Part shown: piece after piece, positions 50,119-63,475 of the stretch
Position numbering within the stretch: position 1 is the stretch's first letter
How the letters are laid out: each line of letters starts with the position of its first letter
Origin: Nemertoderma westbladi
Lineage: Eukaryota; Animalia; Xenacoelomorpha
Direction of reading: 5' to 3'
Assembly: GCA_032718475.1 (NCBI GenBank)
Contig: JAUCBJ010002723.1
Coordinates: 58,974 to 122,973 of the forward strand
DNA length: 64,000 nucleotides
Made by a program: the position numbers and the translations under genes
The notes under the pieces: generated by a model
What the model saw: only the letters and a program-made list of their open reading frames with translations
Told to the model about the DNA's origin: nothing
Databases searched by the model: none

Positions 50119-51944
50119 CTGTGCACTTCTTACAGACTTACTGGTCCGCAATGCAGCAATGTCTAATCCTGTAATCTCTAAAATAACATACGAATTATTC
50201 TCCATAGGAATCCATTACATACGCACATACGGAACGGATACGGCAAATGCATACGGACTGACGGATACGGATACGCGAAAAGTTATACCGGTCAGCCGGT
50301 ACCCACTTTGTTATTATGTATGCAGTCTGTTAAAAGTTTAGAAATAATCTGAGTTTTTGTCAAAATGAGATAGTCTGCCACTCGGTACCGATAGTTACAA
50401 ACTTTTGATAAAAAAAACCGAACTAAGTCGCTCAAACAAATGATGAATGAAACCAAACGGGTACGTTTGCAGTCTATTAAAAGTTTGGAAAGTAGTATCT
50501 AAAGTTTGGTAAAAAATAAGACAGTCTGTTAGTCGGTACCGGAGGTTTCGGACATTTTATGAAAACAGAAATAAGTCGGGGGGCAATTGTCTGATTGTAG
50601 ATGAAGGATGAACTTAAACCAAAAGTTGTACATATGCCCCCACGACCTGCCCTGCAGGCAGTACAATACAAAATTTAAATATGAAAAAAGATATATACAC
50701 CCCCGATATAGGCCTACGTAGTACGTACATTGTACAATTTCATCAAATTTCAAAATTGTTTAGGCCCTGTGGAAATATTAATAATTTTCACCCCTCTTTC
50801 TAGTTTCGATTCAGATTGGGTTCAGATTTTTTATAATTCTCGAGATTTGGGTCCAGATAGGTTCAGATATGACTTTATCCCTATAGGCCTATAATGATAA
50901 TCACATCTCTCTGGCATTTTATCACTGTGAACTTTACTTTACTTTTATTACTTATGGTGCTGTAACAACCTGGAGCAGCTGTGTCGACCACCATCAGTTC
51001 TATATATACGGGAAGGTAATGGTGGACCGACTACAACTAAAGTCTCCACCCCATGACCACAATTACTTCAGTACTTCAACCACCATCTCCAATAATGATG
51101 ACTTTTATTGGTCGTTTTTGAAATGCAATGAGGTACAACCAGTATGCAATACTGACCAAATACGCTCCACAGACTAAGCAAAATGCGCTCCAGCCAGAAC
51201 GAAAAATGCGCTCCAGCACAAGACCAAATGTAAAATTCTCTCCAACCCCAATCAGCCAATGCCCAATCCAGTAATTACTCAATAAATTTTGAACATTTTT
51301 GCCCTTTTGTCACAACTTTACAAATAATGATTTTAGTTAAGAGAAGGGCCTACCGGTACTTTAAAGCAGTAGGCCAACGCCATACAGTCATTCACCAGTC
51401 CAGTACATGCCTACTCAGGCTCCAAACTGACAAACCACAAATGAACCGCACTATCATACATAATCATCGAAAACATAATCGTTGAAATAAATTTCTATAT
51501 TTTCAGCACTAGGCCTATCAGCCTATAATGCAGTATTGGCAGTATTACTGCATTACGGTGAAACGGTAAACGTTCTATCATAAAAAAAGACACATTAACA
51601 TAACAATGTAAAATAAAAAAGAAACGCAAGCGAAGCGAGCATAATTTTTTCTGCTAATTTTTTTCTCACCTTGCACGAACTTTAACTGCCGATCTACTGT
51701 AAATGTGCCAATTGTGCTCCACAGATCTAGATGTGCCAAATGCACTCCACAACAGCGTGTGTAGGTGCTCCAGCAACGCTGGATCCTTAACCAAACCCAG
51801 TCAGTATTGCAACCTGGAGGTGCAACATAATGTGATTGCTATGCTCATTCTGGAATATGCTATTAGCCCTCACAATCTGTGCAGCAATATATAATGAACG
51901 CTCCTGTTTCGTGGTCTTTAGGCACATCCTACAATAAACTGAGA

Positions 51945-52230
51945 TGCGATGGCGGATGGCTCATATTTTATAGTCGCACTGGCAATGATGGTAACATGTC
52001 ATATGAAGGCGGTAACATCATCTACTATGGATTCTGAGATTCCAACAGATCTTACTTTCTAGGCGTGGAAAATATATATTGGCTGACAGTAAAAGAAGGA
52101 TTGTTTTGTAAAGATTAACTTAAGTAAGGAGACTCGAAGATAATCTACAGCTACTTTACTTCATGGGGTCTTATGCTTGCTTATAGGCAGATTCTTACAA
52201 GTTTTACCAATTTACGTACTGCTACCGGTG
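51945..52230 (+). pseudogene. Fibrinogen C-terminal (FReD) domain relic
   Basis: CDGGWLIFYSRTGNDG then, after a frameshift, GF*DSNRSYFLGVENIYWLT, matching GGW..QRR.DG...GFG....FWLG.E.I..LT. Confidence 0.55.
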
Positions 52231-53212
52231 AATTTGGTAAAGGAACATATGATCTGACTGTCCTGAATATCTATATGTTTGAGAAGGTGAAAGTGATAGA
52301 CTGGGTGGAACTCACCCAAGTGAATGGAAACCTACGAAAGATAAATTAGAGGTGAAACTTAAATGTCTGAAAAACCGAACTCCGAAACATTATATATAGA
52401 AGAAACTGAATGGTCTGAAAACCGAACTCTGAAACATTAGAGATGAAACTGAAATGCCAGTCGTAACAAGATAGAGAAACAAACTGTAGCCTACTGTAGT
52501 AGTAGGTTACTTATTCTGTTCGTGCTAGTGCTACAAACTAACATAATTTATAACATAATTTGAAGCAACAATAATAGAACCGGAATTGGTGCTCTGCTCC
52601 TGTTATGCACATATAAGAACTGCTATGTTAGGTCTGCTCTCCCTATATTTCTGGGATAGTACTCATATATACTCGCATTTGGGTCGTGTTGTGGCATATC
52701 ACATTTGGGTGAGGTTGTCTCCCGACTTCTGTGTGTATGACCCGATTACAATCAATCTATCAGGTGTGGTGCCCCCGTTTGTTTCCCATAGAATATGCCA
52801 GGGGATCTCTGACAGATCATGCGAAACAAACTTTTAGGTGGAATATGGTCCAACACCCTTGTTAGGTTGCCTTCCTATATTTTGCTATGCATTCTCTGGA
52901 CGCGTACCTGTTTATCTAAATGTACTGTACTAGTTTTTGCCACGTCCCCTTCTTACACGTATGATATCTTACTGTACCTACCGTTAGATTGCGCTACAGT
53001 TGGCATATATCCCTCCAACTGTACTGGTGACAACTATGCTACTATGTGTATCTTTATTTATTTGATTATTCCTACTGTTAATATTATTGCTTATAATAAT
53101 TATTTTGGTCTGGTATAGTGCGGTCATTAATATTCGTTGCCTTACCGTCACTATAAGCTTGAGTTCTAACTGGGTTATTAGTCATTTGTCCAGTTAATAT
53201 ATTGTCTCCACC

Positions 53213-53480
53213 CAGAACGGGATTAAGCAATAATGTATGGCCCTAGGCATATACAATTTTGAGGCCCCACCCCAAAATTTTAATAGGTGGTGGGATTTTT
53301 GTGCTTATTTCGCATAAAATATTTGCACTTAAATTGTTCTTCAGAAATGGAAGGTACTGTAGAGGAGGCCCCTAGTTTTTGGGCACAAATATTATCATTA
53401 TTATTTAAATTTACTTTTTGTAGCTACTGACTATTTTTGCCTAAACGTGTCTAGTTTGTCTATAGGTTAATCCGGCCCTG
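53213..53480. mobile_element. Small MITE (CAGGGCCGGATTAA-type TIR, GGCCC/GGGCC subterminal motifs)
   Basis: CAGAACGGGATTAAGC ... GGTTAATCCGGCCCTG; TSD imperfect. Confidence 0.55.
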
Positions 53481-54975
53481 TACTCCACCTACCTGTTTGG
53501 TAATTATTCCTAGGTAATATCTCACCCTCATTATGGACTATTAATACCCTGTGTGGTTACTACTTTTGGTGCCTTACTGGGTTTACTTACTGGGTCTTGT
53601 TAGGGTTACTGTAGTAATTACTTCCCTGCATGTTGGCTCCCCCCATTCTATATATCCAGCACCTGACAGCTGTTCCTCTAACAATCACAAAGTAATTCTT
53701 CCTGTTCCTTATCTCAGCTGCTTTAGTCTTCTTATTTTGTATTTTTATAGCTCTCTTGCCTCCTCCCTTTTTAATTCTACTTCCTCTTTCTCTCGAATTT
53801 CTCTCTCCTCTCTATCATTCTCCCTGTTTATTCTATCTTGCTGTTTCTGTTATTCATACTCCCATTCCTCTCGCTCACATTTATCACATTGTTCATGTTC
53901 CTCTCGCTCTCTCCTCCAATAACGCTTCTCTCTCTCTGTTCTTTCTGAACTTTCTCGCTTACGTCTGTCTCCTCACGTTTTAAACTTTACCCTGTTAACT
54001 TCTCTCTCTTACGCTTCAATCCTTTTGTCTCTCATTTTCTTCTTTCTATATTGCTTTATTATTTCTCTCTTTAACTGTTTCTACCCTTTTCTCTATTTTT
54101 TTCTACTGACCTATTTTTCGACCTATAACCGAGGATGTTATGGATTTCATACTCGCTTCACTCTCCCCACTAACATCCCCAGGATTCAATCGAAAATCAT
54201 TATTATGAAAATTATGGAAAATCAGCCTCAGATACGCTGATAGTGTTGGTTTTAGCTATTATACGGGTTTCAATTTGTCAAATCAGGAACTAACCGTTTT
54301 GTTGCGAGAGTGAGACACCCAAATCGATGAAACAAACAACCATCTTTTTGATAAAAATATCATTCAACTATCAGATGTTATGATTAAAACCAATAATTAA
54401 AAAATTATTATTACCAACACCGATAATTCTACTGAAGTAGGCGCAGGTGGAAATTCTATTGAGTTGAATTCATTCTATTAAGCATTCTATTGAATGATAA
54501 AACTCATATTAGTTTTCTCAAAGAGGCAATGGATGGTGTTTCTCTTACTGATGCTAATGTAGATGGTTTTGCCATTTTGGATAAACCTAAAGCATTCGTT
54601 GAGATCCCATCACCCAAATCGGATGTTGAAGAGAGTTGCTCTCAACCGCAACAGGTCTTTCCTGAAATATTACCTCGGAAGCCAAGATCGAGTAAATTAA
54701 CCAATGCATCACCTGCAAAGAAACAGAAAGTTGCTGTTACCTCATTTCCGGTAGATGAGGCTAATAATTTTACTTCAAAAGCAGAGCTCATGCCAGGAAA
54801 CCGTTATTGGTGATTGTTTTAAAATTATTTCGCTCGGTAGCATATAAATGTTTAGATATAGTCAATAACATTTGATTTCATATTAATCTTTGGTGATATT
54901 TTATTATTATTATTATTATTATGGTTCCTATATAGATATAGATAGAACCCCGAGCATTTAAGTATAAATGAATCA

Positions 54976-56136
54976 ATGCTTTCACCTTATATGAGGGAAC
55001 AATTTAATAACTTATCGGCACAAAGAGGCACCTCCGGTAAATATAAGATGTCTACTCCAAAACTCGTGCTGACGCAATTTGATAAAGAATTTTATCATTT
55101 ACATTTGAAACGGTTAAAATTTTATATAAAACAAGGATTAATTGTTACTAAACTATATAAATTATATTCTTTTCAACAAGAATTTGTATTTAAAAATTAT
55201 ATAGATTTTAATATTAATCAAAGACGACTAGCAAAAAGTTACATTGAAACGGCTGTCGCAAAGCTGCTTAATAACTCTTTATTTGGTAAGACAATAGAAA
55301 AGATATGGGAATGATGTAACTTTCGTATCGCAAATAGCAATGATAAATGTGACCAATTGGTGAAATATATTAATCATGAACAATTTATAATATACAATAA
55401 TACATTATCGGGTCATTTATTAGTGAAAGACTCTGTAACTCTCGATAAGCCTATATTTATTGGTAGCACTGTGTTGGACTTGGCTAAATTAGATATGTAT
55501 GATCTGTATTACAATAAATTGCTACCTATTGAGAAAGAATTAAACTGCCGTATTGAAATTGCTGCATCAGACACTAACTCTTTGATAGGTTGTTACTATA
55601 ATACATCGCAGAATAATTTTTTAAAAGCATTAATTAAAAATAATATTTTAGATACATCCAATTACCCTAAGGATCACCCACTCTACAGCGATAAAAATAA
55701 ATCCAGACTCTATTACTGTAAAGACGAACTAGCCTCACATGAAATTAAACAAGCAGTATTTTTAAGACCAAAATTATATTCAATTTTGGAATGGAATAAT
55801 AAAAATATTCGTAGAGCAAAAGGTATTACAAGAGCTGTTGTGGAAACGAATATTATTACACATGAAGAATATTTAAAAGCATATAACTCAAATGAAGAAA
55901 TAAAAAAAAACATACACAGATTTCAATCTAAATTACATCGTATTTATACCTTAAAGCAAAATAAATTTGCACTCAGTAGCTTTGATGATAAACTTTATTG
56001 GCTTAATAAAAATCAATCGCTTCCTTGGGGGCACTATAAAACAAACCTCAAAAAACCTATAAAAATATCAAATATACCAATTTATGAAGAACCAAAAGAC
56101 GACGGTGTTGATGATGAATTATCAAATAGTAAATAA
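54976..56136 (+). pseudogene. Protein-primed DNA polymerase B, C-terminal half
   Basis: KLLNNSLFGKTIE, LDKPIFIGSTVLDLAK, SDTNS (degenerate DTDS), DTSNYPKDHPLY, KDE, LRPKLYS, RAKGI, ALSSFDDK; frameshift ~55300. Confidence 0.93.
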
Positions 56137-57163
56137 AAATATAAGTTGTAAGCAGATTATTTATGGACTTAATTTTAAATCTATTAATTTGTGTACTTAT
56201 ATTTTTAGTATTGACACCGTAATCTATAGGTTACTTATAAACAATATCGGGTTTTATGTTATATTTGATAATGTCAAACTAGAAATTTCATACGAGTCAG
56301 AAATATTCAATAACTGTAAAGTCAGAATAAATAATATTGTTGTTGTTTGCTGTTTCTATACCTGTAAATGTACATGAATGTGTTCACCATTTAAATTTCA
56401 TATATATTATCCTATATTCAACAAACTGGTTAATAATTTATTGTTGTTTGGTCATGGGTTTTTAGCTGTAAAATATAATTAGAGAGAGTGAAATTTATTG
56501 TTGTTTGGTGATGGGGGGTTTTTACTGTAAAGTATATATTAATTTGAGGGAGAAGAAATTTATGAATATTTTTTAAATCAACAACTAGTTGGGGAAACTA
56601 ACTAACTTCAGCAGAGCGACTGCATGTAACTGCCTAGTATGCTTAGTATACCCAGAGACAGTAGCTAGCTAAGCATTGCAGCTTGCGAGTGAGCTATGGT
56701 TGCGCATCTGTTACTTATGACTGTGTGCAGAGAGTATCGCTATTGCTGGCTAAATTACACATCGCTAAGCCCAGTGAGAAAAGTTTAGGGCTATGTACTG
56801 GTCTTCATAGTCAAAGTCGAAGCCCTCCTATCTGTTACTAGCCCGTATACATATTATTAAAACTAAAACATCGGCTATGCATTTCACTACATTCAGAATA
56901 GAATAGAATAGAATAATGAACAGAGCATATATCGCTAATCCGCATGGGAAAAGTTTATGTTGAATGTTTTATTAACTATGTGAATTTTGTAATGTGAACA
57001 TCTGCGATAGTCTACAAAAATATATATAAACTTAATTTTTCTAACAGTGAACTATAATTTTGTTAACCAAAATAAGAAAAAAAAAATACCGGTATACCGT
57101 ATCTACCCTGCCTGTTACCCTTAGACTATATATATATATATAAGCCTAAACTAACCTGAGAAG

Positions 57164-57566
57164 ATGACTTTTGCTTTTATTAACAACCGTTCGATGAAAA
57201 GCACCATAAAGTTTGATTTCGAGAGCGAAGATACTTTTGTATCATCAGCAAACGTTACTGATTTGGAAATCAGTTATAACAATAGAAAATTTGAAATCGG
57301 ATTCATTAACATCATAAATCACGAACAAGGAGTAACTATGTTAGAAACAACAAAAAAACTTTTCATTGAATATAAGAATAAATCCAGGATCAGAAGAAGA
57401 AGTTACTGGTAATCAAAACGAATTAATACAAGCCAAGACACTAGGCAACTCAAGAAGAGAATTGGGAAACAGATACAGCACAACTATACCAGCAGAGGCT
57501 ACTTGGAAAGAAATTCAACTTGCTATACCTACCGGTAATAATAATCATTATCATCATTTTTCATAG
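57164..57566 (+). pseudogene. Small Polinton accessory ORF, copy A (frameshift in A-run ~57355)
   Basis: Homologous to 60011-60376 (KFD, NVT.L, KNF.LN.R..PG); TATA-like sequence upstream. Confidence 0.65.
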
Positions 57567-58274
57567 AAGCATATCTAACTTGTACCTAACTAGTACACCT
57601 ATACACTCATTTATAAAGTAGGCCTAAATGTTACCGGTATTAAATGTTATCAGTCGTTTTGTCTATTTTATATGTAATTTAATTTAAAAAAGCGAACACA
57701 TAAATAAACTAACTATGTTTAAACCAAATTGGCCCTACATTCGAGAAAGGCCCACATAAAGTTAACTATAGCCGTATAGGCTTACCTATGCGACAGTAGT
57801 AGCCCAGTAATATTCTAAATTAGACCAATTAAAGTTGTAAACAGAAAATTGGAAGCATTCAAGTGTAATAATCCTTAAATCGAAGGAACCAGCATGCCCT
57901 ATCCGACTATACTGTTACAAGGGCGCTACAGTACCGGTAGGCCTATTGATAGGTGGGCTACTCTAATGCTGCATTCGCAAACCACATGCCAAGTTAATTT
58001 AATTTTATTATTAGTAACGCTAAAGCAAGCCTACGGTACTTTGTCAGTCTAGAAGGGGAGCCATTCTGCAGTTTAGCGCTGTTATATGTCAGTGTGTAAT
58101 GTCAGCTACCGGTAGTTAAACTCAGATGCAACAGCTAGCTAGCCGGCTAGCTACCGGTAGGTGTGTTTGAGGGTGTAAACCTAAACCTGAGAATACCTGA
58201 GATATAAAAAATTAGATTTTAATGTTTTTATTATTTTTATTGACATTAAAACAATTATATTATCCCATCATATT

Positions 58275-58895
58275 ACATGCTTAGAGTAAACCTATTGTAC
58301 ATCTTCCACCGCAGTTATTTCTTTCTGTTTATCATCAGTCTCAGTTAAATTGCTTTCTCACGAAAAATTGTTTCATTTCATACCCTCCGACCCGTTTTGC
58401 AGAGCAGTACCGCAGGCAGTTGTCCTTTCTGTTTAAGTAGTAAGCTCATTTATCTTCTACAGTATAAAATTTGTCGTGAAAAGGACACGGGGTTAAATAA
58501 TTATAATATAGTTGATATATTCCCAATTTCTCCATCGATTTTGGAGCAAGAACTTCAAGTTCGGTAATTAATATTGCCAGGTTCATCAACCCGAATACAT
58601 ATATATTTTTTTTATATTTTAAATGTCTCTTCATGTACTTTTTGAAGTCATCTTGTTCAATGTCCCCGTAATTCCACGGCAAATGCGAAGTCATGTCATG
58701 TAAATTGTTTACATGGGCTTTATCTAATGCCGATAAGTTAATATCAGGGGGTCCTTTAATTAAAAACGTCTTTATATTAGTTTTAGTGTAATTAGAATCG
58801 AATATAGCAAATTCTTTAAATACTATCGGATATTCATTATTGTCTATCTTATAATATTGAAAATCAACAAAAATAACATTATCCATTTTATCCAT
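58275..58895 (-). pseudogene. Polinton accessory ORF (VDFQ..F.KEFA, DEDD-like), copy A
   Basis: Close paralog of 62386-62985, disrupted after 58446. Confidence 0.75.
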
Positions 58896-60010
58896 TTTAT
58901 CAGATAATATATTTATATAAACAAAAGTTAAATGATTAATTACAGCGCTTGTTGGTTTATTTTATAATAATTAACAAGCCATTTATATAATATTATTTCA
59001 TTTATTTCCACATTATTTGTAAACGCCCTCATTTGATAGTTTGTGTGAATTCGATTTACCAAGTAAAGGTTACTTATAAATAATATCGGGTTTTATGTTA
59101 TATTTGATAATGTTAAACTAGAAATTTCATACGACCCTGAAATATTCAATAACTGTAAAGTCAGAATAAATAATATTGTTGTTGTTTGCTGTTTCTACAC
59201 TGGTAAATGTACATTAATGTGTTCCCCGTTTAAATTTCATATATATTATCCTATTTTCAACAAGCTGGTTAATAATTTATTATTGTTTGGTGTGGGGGTT
59301 TTTGATGTAAAATATAATTAGTACCGGTATGAGTGAAATTTATTGTTGTTGTTGCTGTTTGGTGGTGGAGATTTTTACTGTAAAATATATATATTAAATT
59401 GAAGGGAGAAGAAATTTATGAATATTTTTTTAAAATCAACAACTAGTTTGAGGGGGAAATTAACTTCAGTAGAGCGATTGTTTCTTGTAACACTCAAGTA
59501 GACATAGTATACTCAGCAGCCGCGGCTAGCTAGCTAGCTAACTTGGCATTGTTGCTCACGAGTGAGCCACAATAGCGCATCTGTTACTTATGAGTGTGCG
59601 TGAGTGCGGTGGGCAACGCTAAGCTTGGTGAGAAAAGATTAGGGGTATGTGCTGGTATTCATAGTCAAAGACGATGCCATCCTATCTGTTACTAGTCTGT
59701 ATACCGGTACATATCATTAAAACATCCGCTATGCATCTCCCTACATTCAGAATAGAACAATGAACAGAGCATATATCGCTAATCCTCATGGGAAAGGTTT
59801 ATGTTGTGCATTTTGTTAACTATGTGAATTTTGTAATGTACACATCTGCGACCCTCTACAAAAATATATATAAACTCAATTTTTCTAACAGTGAACTATA
59901 ATTTTGTTTCCCTACTGTAAAATAAATACCGGTATAGACTAGGCTTAAGTTATCTTCATATTTGAAAAACTAACCTTAACAAACTTCAGTTCCGACAACC
60001 AACATCCAAG

Positions 60011-60376
60011 ATGGCATTTTCTTTCATTGAAAATAGCAGCAGCGACTGTTTATTAAAATTTGATGTTGATGGAGACGACCTTTACTTTACATCCTTAAAT
60101 GTAACCGAATTACATTTAAAAAACAACAACGGAGAAATAACAATAATGGTTAAAAATAAAACCATGGGCAGCCAAGATCACCAAACCAGATTGACGACCA
60201 ATAAAAACTTCAATTTAAACGTTAGAGTACAACCTGGAGCGACGCATCAGATATGCCTAGATAATTATAGTAGGGGAGAAAACTGGGATGAACATGAACA
60301 TGAAGATATAGCCGCGGCAGCTCAAGTTCCAACACCAAATCTACTACTTCCCACCAATCCGAGAATACGTCAGTAG
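60011..60376 (+). CDS. Small Polinton accessory ORF, copy B (121 aa, unknown function)
   Basis: Intact ORF; homology to copy A is visible at protein level; AATAAA near 60530. Confidence 0.65.
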   Translation: MAFSFIENSSSDCLLKFDVDGDDLYFTSLNVTELHLKNNNGEITIMVKNKTMGSQDHQTRLTTNKNFNLNVRVQPGATHQICLDNYSRGENWDEHEHEDIAAAAQVPTPNLLLPTNPRIRQ

Positions 60377-60796
60377 ACTCGTCTGCTCGTACAGCAAGTA
60401 GACTCATAGGTCTATATAATTAGTCACGTCTGTTACGTAGAGGGCTAATGTGTGTTGCCGGTATCAGTAGGTTTTTGTATTGTATTGTATTGTATATTTT
60501 ATATCTAATTAAAAAAAAGCGAATACATAAATAAACTAACTATGTTTTATATAGTCTCGTCAACATAGAGTGAATGTTAGTAACAGTGAATGTGGTGGAT
60601 TTTATATAGGCTTAGTTAGGTATACCGCGAGCCACACCTATTGTATCCGCATGGAGCCATTATATGACTGGTTGAATGATGGGGTTCCTGACTAAAGGTT
60701 AACGGTATAGCATACAACATAAAGTGAATGTTGAAAGTTAGTAACAGAGAGTGTGAGGGGATTTTATAGGTCCAATAGCGCTACCTAACCACACCT

Positions 60797-60798
<2 letters not shown>

Positions 60799-60830
<32 letters not shown>
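60799..60830. repeat. (TG)n microsatellite
   Basis: Direct inspection. Confidence 0.95.
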
Positions 60831-60832
<2 letters not shown>

Positions 60833-60894
60833 CTAGTCATTAGGCCTATAGGCCTAACCGAATGAAAGTGCACCTTACCTATCCGCGAGTACTA

Positions 60895-61816
60895 CTACTA
60901 CTACTAGGATCGGCATGCTGCATTGCAGCTGCATTTTTAAGAATGCTGTGCCGGCTTGTCAACAAAATTGCACCGCCACAACTCCCTATCACCCATCACA
61001 TTTGCTAGATCATCCGCATCTTTAAGGCCAGTGTCCTTTAAGATGCGTCTCAAGAAAGTCATGGGCTGTCCACCATGCTTATTTACTCCATGAGGCTGCC
61101 AAAGTACAAGATTATGCACTGGCTAGTCCTCACGGCGAAAGCAATGTCCTGCAAAGCGGAGGCGATTTTGTTCTAGTGTCAAGCTTGGGGGAACCAATGA
61201 GACACCTCCAATGTTATATAGTGTCTGGTTGGAGATGTGTGCATTGTACTTGACACAATGTACCCGGCGTAGCATTCTTGTGAATGTGCCATCCAGAGAT
61301 TTGGTGTCCTCAGCAGTTAGAGCCCAGCATGGACTCCCGTAGAGGAGTACTGGAACTACTGCTGCTCTAAATAATCGGACCTTAAGTTTCCGATTAATTC
61401 TAGGTGACTTCCAAATCCTGGAAAGCCTATTCAAGGCTGCCCATGCCTTTCCCTTACGTATTCGAAGGTCCTCACCTGACTTCCGGATCCATGATCCCAG
61501 GTAACAGAAGTCGTCCACATGCTCAAGCATACCATCCTTTGAGCTTATGCTCATCCGATCAGAGACTTGCTGAGGACTTTCAAAGTTAACTGTCAGAATT
61601 TTGGTCTTTCTGGAGTTAATAAAAAGACCAACACTAGAAGCAGCATGTTCTAATGAGCTGAGGAGCCGCTGGGCTCCCTCTAATGATTCTGAGAGTACTC
61701 CTAAGTCATCAGCAAAGTCTAGATCAGTTAGGTACTTGGCAGGATTTCCTCGACTTCTGGAGCCAGTAGGTGGAGTTATCATCACCCCATCATCATTATG
61801 ATGGGGTATCAATTAC
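60895..61816 (-). mobile_element. 5'-truncated RTE-like LINE (copy 4) inserted in the Polinton
   Basis: LDFADD, YLGS; (GTA)n tail; 14-bp TSD ATCCGCGAGTACTA at 60881-60894 and 61817-61830. Confidence 0.93.
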
Positions 61817-62385
61817 ATCCGCGAGTACTAAAGGTTAACCATAAACCATATTGGGTCAACATGCGAAAAAGGGCCCCGCATAAAGTTAACTATAGCTGTA
61901 TTAGACCAATTAAAGTTGTAAACAGAAAATTGGAAGCATTCAAGTATAATAGCCTAATCCTTAAATCGAAGAAACCTGTATACTTGATACAGTTACAAGA
62001 GTGCTACAGTGCCGGTACCAGTAGGCCTATTGTTATGTGGGTCTCTCTAATGCTGCATTCACGAACCCCCATGTCGAGTTAATTTAATTTTATTATTAGT
62101 AAGTACGGTAACGCTAAAGCGCTGTGGTTGCTGACGGTGCCATTCTGCCGTTCTACAGTTTAGCGTTGTTGGTATCTGTCGGTATGTGTGTAAAGTCAGC
62201 TACTGGTAGTTAAACTCTGATACAACAGCCGGCTACCGGTAGGTACGGTGTGTTTGTGAGTGTAAACTTAAGCCCTACACCTTTAGTCAAACTGAGATAT
62301 AAAAAATAGATTTTAATGTTTTTATTATTTTTATTGACATTAAAACAATTATATTATCCCATCACATTACATGCTTAGAGTAAAC

Positions 62386-62985
62386 CTACAGTACATCTTC
62401 CACCGCAGTTATTTCTTTCTGTTTATCATCATCATCAGTCGCAGTTAAACGCTTTCTCATGAAAAAGTGTAGCATCTCATACCCCCCAACGCGTTTTGCT
62501 GAGCAGTATCGCAGACAGTTATCCCTTATGTTTAAGTGGAACGCACATTTATTTTCTACTGTAGTAAATCGGTCGTGAAACCGACAAGGCGTTAAATAAT
62601 CGTGATATTGCTTATATATTCCCAATTTCTCCACCGAATTTGGCGCGAGAACATCGAGTTAGGAAACTAATATTGCCTGCTTCAGCAACCCAAATACATG
62701 AATATTTTTTTTATATTTTAAATGTCTCTTCATATATTTTTTAAAGTCATCTTGAGAAATGTCACCGTAGTCCCATGACAAATGAGAAGTCATATCCCGT
62801 AAATTGTTTACGTGAGCTACATCTAAAGCTGATAACTTAATATTAGACGGGCCTTTAATTAAAAACGTCTTTACATTAGTTTTGGTGTAATTAGAATCGA
62901 ATATAGCAAATTCTTTAAATACTACCGGATACTCTTTATTGTCTATCTTATAATATTGAAAATCAACAAAAATAATATTATCCAT
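62386..62985 (-). pseudogene. Polinton accessory ORF (DEDD-like), copy B, one in-frame stop at 62659
   Basis: IIFVDFQYY...VFKEFAIF...HLSWDYGDI...C..H..C..H...CSAK; the two ORF pieces are in the same frame. Confidence 0.75.
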
Positions 62986-63020
62986 TTTATCTGATAAACA
63001 AAAGCAAGCTAAATGATTAA

Positions 63021-63473
63021 TTACAACACATGTTGGTTTATTTTATAATAATTAACAAGCCATTTATATAATATTATTTCATTTATTTCCACATTATTTG
63101 TAAACGCTCTCATTGGATAGATTGTGTGAATTCGATTTACCAAATAATAAAGACAGTACAGACCGCATGTGGTCCGCCTAGGGTCTTGAAATTGTTTGCG
63201 AGTAGTACGCCACCTTGCGGAATTTTTCTCAAGCCATTTTTCGATGCATCTGTTTGGATATTTTGGTCCAAACGAGTCAAATACTTCGGCCTCATTATCT
63301 CGTATATATATTGCGATCCAATGAATCCCGGGCAGATGCTCTTTATCGGTATTTACTATCAAGCCATAATCTTTCCGCTTATTATTATCTAATTTAGGTA
63401 ATTTATTAGCTGGAAACGCACCCAAATAGTGACCACCCACTGGAAACATATCAAGGTCTTCTGTAGATAACAT
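63021..63473 (-). CDS. Adenain-like (adenoviral-type) cysteine protease
   Basis: IVNTDKEHLPGIHWIAIY, FDSFG, Q...TCGLYC catalytic H/D/Q/C motifs. Confidence 0.93.
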   Translation of the reverse strand: MLSTEDLDMFPVGGHYLGAFPANKLPKLDNNKRKDYGLIVNTDKEHLPGIHWIAIYIRDNEAEVFDSFGPKYPNRCIEKWLEKNSARWRTTRKQFQDPRRTTCGLYCLYYLVNRIHTIYPMRAFTNNVEINEIILYKWLVNYYKINQHVL

Positions 63474-63475
63474 AC

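Noticed and set aside
54490-54813. 107-aa ORF before pPolB
   Set aside because: May be a relic coding fragment, but there is no recognisable homology.
56200-56350. Signal-peptide-like minus-strand frame (ILFILTLQLLNIS) in both Polinton duplicates
   Set aside because: The same stop is present in both copies and there is no clear start codon.
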